Positions 62,609 through 64,000 of a stretch of 64,000 bases of DNA are shown piece by piece; the first letter of the stretch is position 1; each line of letters begins with the position of its first letter. The notes under the pieces were generated by a model, which was given only the letters and a program-made list of their open reading frames with translations, made no database searches and had not been told where the DNA came from. The position numbers were made by a program, and so were the translations under genes. The DNA is from a bacterium (GTDB taxonomy: Bacteria; Zhuqueibacterota; Zhuqueibacteria; Residuimicrobiales; Krinioviventaceae), in contig OY843751.1 in the NCBI GenBank assembly GCA_963693055.1, positions 1,408,001 to 1,472,000 of the forward strand. Reading direction: 5' to 3'.

Positions 62609-64000
62609 TTAATCAAGCACCGGCTGCATCTGTCGTTCCAACATTTTTGCAAAAATACCATTTTGAACTTTTAATTCGTGTGGTGGCCCGCTTTCAGCTA
62701 CACGACCGTTTTCAAGCACCACAACCTTGTCGGCATTGGCTACGGTGCGCATACGGTGAGCAATGATGAGTACGGTTTTGTCTCTAATTAATTCAGAAAT
62801 ACCGGCTTGAATTTTGGTTTCGTTTTCCACATCGAGCGAGGCTGTGGCTTCGTCAAGCAAAACAATAGGCGCGTCTTTGAGCAACGCGCGGGCGATGGAG
62901 ATGCGCTGACGTTCTCCTCCCGAAAGGGTTTCCCCGTTTTCACCAATGATTGTGTTGTAACCATTGGGCATTTTACTCACAAATTCATCGCACTGTGCCA
63001 GTTTGGCCACACGCACCACTTCTTCATCGGCCGCATCGCGCTTGCCGATGCGAATATTATCCATTACAGAGGCGTTAAACAAGACAACATCCTGGAATAC
63101 AACCGAATAGTTTTTAAGCAGGGTTTCCGGTTCAATTTTGCTAATGTCTTGACCGCCTAATGTAATATACCCTTTGTCTATATCCCAGAAACGGGCACAC
63201 AGCTTTGCCGATGTACTTTTACCACCACCTGAGGGGCCTACCAATGCGGTAATTTCTCCCTGTTTTGCAGTGAAAGAAATATCTTGCAAAACTTGTTTCC
63301 CTTCTTCGTAAGCAAAATCTACATTTTTGAATTGGATGTCATAATGCTCCGGCTTGAATATAGTGCTGCCCTTTTGAACGGGCAGATCCTGCATCTCGTT
63401 CATGCGGTTAATCCGAATGTCAAGATAAAACAATGCGGCAAGATTATTAAAGACCTCACTAATGGGGCTATAAACCCTGGTTGAAATCAAAAGGAATATC
63501 AGGTACATAAACAAATCAATAGTACCCGATGCCAACAGTGTTGCTCCTGTGATGACCACAGTTGCTAACCCCAGTTTGAGAAAACTTTGGGCTGAGTTAA
63601 CCAGACCACCTGCCAGTAATTCACCTCGTATTAGCTGTTTTTCATAATTGTACAGTTTTTTGTTCAATTCGGCGAGGTAGGGTTCTTCCTGGTTATAAGA
63701 CTTGATTTCTTGTATGGTATCGAGTCCTTCTTGGATATGTTCGGTCACATCACGTTTTTTGTTGTAATGGATTTGGTTTTCTTTGTGTAAAATTTTCTTT
63801 GCGATAATTATGATTGCCGCCGCCAGCGGGGCCACCCAGAACAGGGCAAGTGACAACTGCCAGTTGTAGAAAAACATACCAATGGCTATTAAAATAATAC
63901 TAAGAATAGAAGCCGCAAGCTGCGGTACCGCGTGAGAAAAAGTATGTTCCAGCTCGGTATTGTCTTCCATGATTGTAGCAGTAAGATCAGACAGGTTTTT
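62609..64000 (-). CDS. ABC transporter permease/ATP-binding protein (IrtB/YbtQ-like), 5' end outside the window
   Basis: DLTATIMED..LEHTFSHAVPQ, GPSGGGKST, LSGGERQRISIARALLKDAPIVLLDEATASLDVENE, IAHR. Confidence 0.92.
   Translation of the reverse strand, partial: KNLSDLTATIMEDNTELEHTFSHAVPQLAASILSIILIAIGMFFYNWQLSLALFWVAPLAAAIIIIAKKILHKENQIHYNKKRDVTEHIQEGLDTIQEIKSYNQEEPYLAELNKKLYNYEKQLIRGELLAGGLVNSAQSFLKLGLATVVITGATLLASGTIDLFMYLIFLLISTRVYSPISEVFNNLAALFYLDIRINRMNEMQDLPVQKGSTIFKPEHYDIQFKNVDFAYEEGKQVLQDISFTAKQGEITALVGPSGGGKSTSAKLCARFWDIDKGYITLGGQDISKIEPETLLKNYSVVFQDVVLFNASVMDNIRIGKRDAADEEVVRVAKLAQCDEFVSKMPNGYNTIIGENGETLSGGERQRISIARALLKDAPIVLLDEATASLDVENETKIQAGISELIRDKTVLIIAHRMRTVANADKVVVLENGRVAESGPPHELKVQNGIFAKMLERQMQPVLD

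Overview
Bacterial genomic DNA, probably from an FCB-superphylum lineage such as KSB1, Calditrichota or Ignavibacteriota. That placement is inferred from the YPNPFNP-type C-terminal sorting domains and Bacteroidota-like TonB receptor and curli genes. From left to right: (1) a paaK-ACT-PLP aminotransferase operon on the minus strand; (2) two AT-rich beta-barrel-like genes alternating with three copies of a structured repeat of about 90-137 bp; (3) assorted secreted hydrolases and CAZymes (DUF5107-TPR, GH43, YiiX, MuiA, GH28, DinB, HD); (4) the main feature, a curli (type VIII secretion) locus of about 16 kb: soluble PAS kinase, sigma54 NtrC-type regulator, lone receiver, csgE, csgF, a CsgG fused to a C-terminal beta-barrel, six curlin genes, an OmpA/MotB-type protein and a CRD-FN3-TolB-like lipoprotein, with candidate sigma54 promoters and enhancer sites; (5) a decayed IS256, two CTD-bearing secreted proteins and an intact IS4 with a 9-bp target duplication; (6) a GH2 / unknown lipoprotein / GH3 cluster; (7) a 3' tRNA-Arg(TCT) fragment marking the probable edge of a genomic island. 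The island carries an IrtB/YbtQ-like ABC transporter, a TonB receptor, a DUF4374-like lipoprotein, an MMPL exporter and six methyltransferase genes, two of them pseudogenes. All family calls come from recognising motifs by eye; no database search was run.
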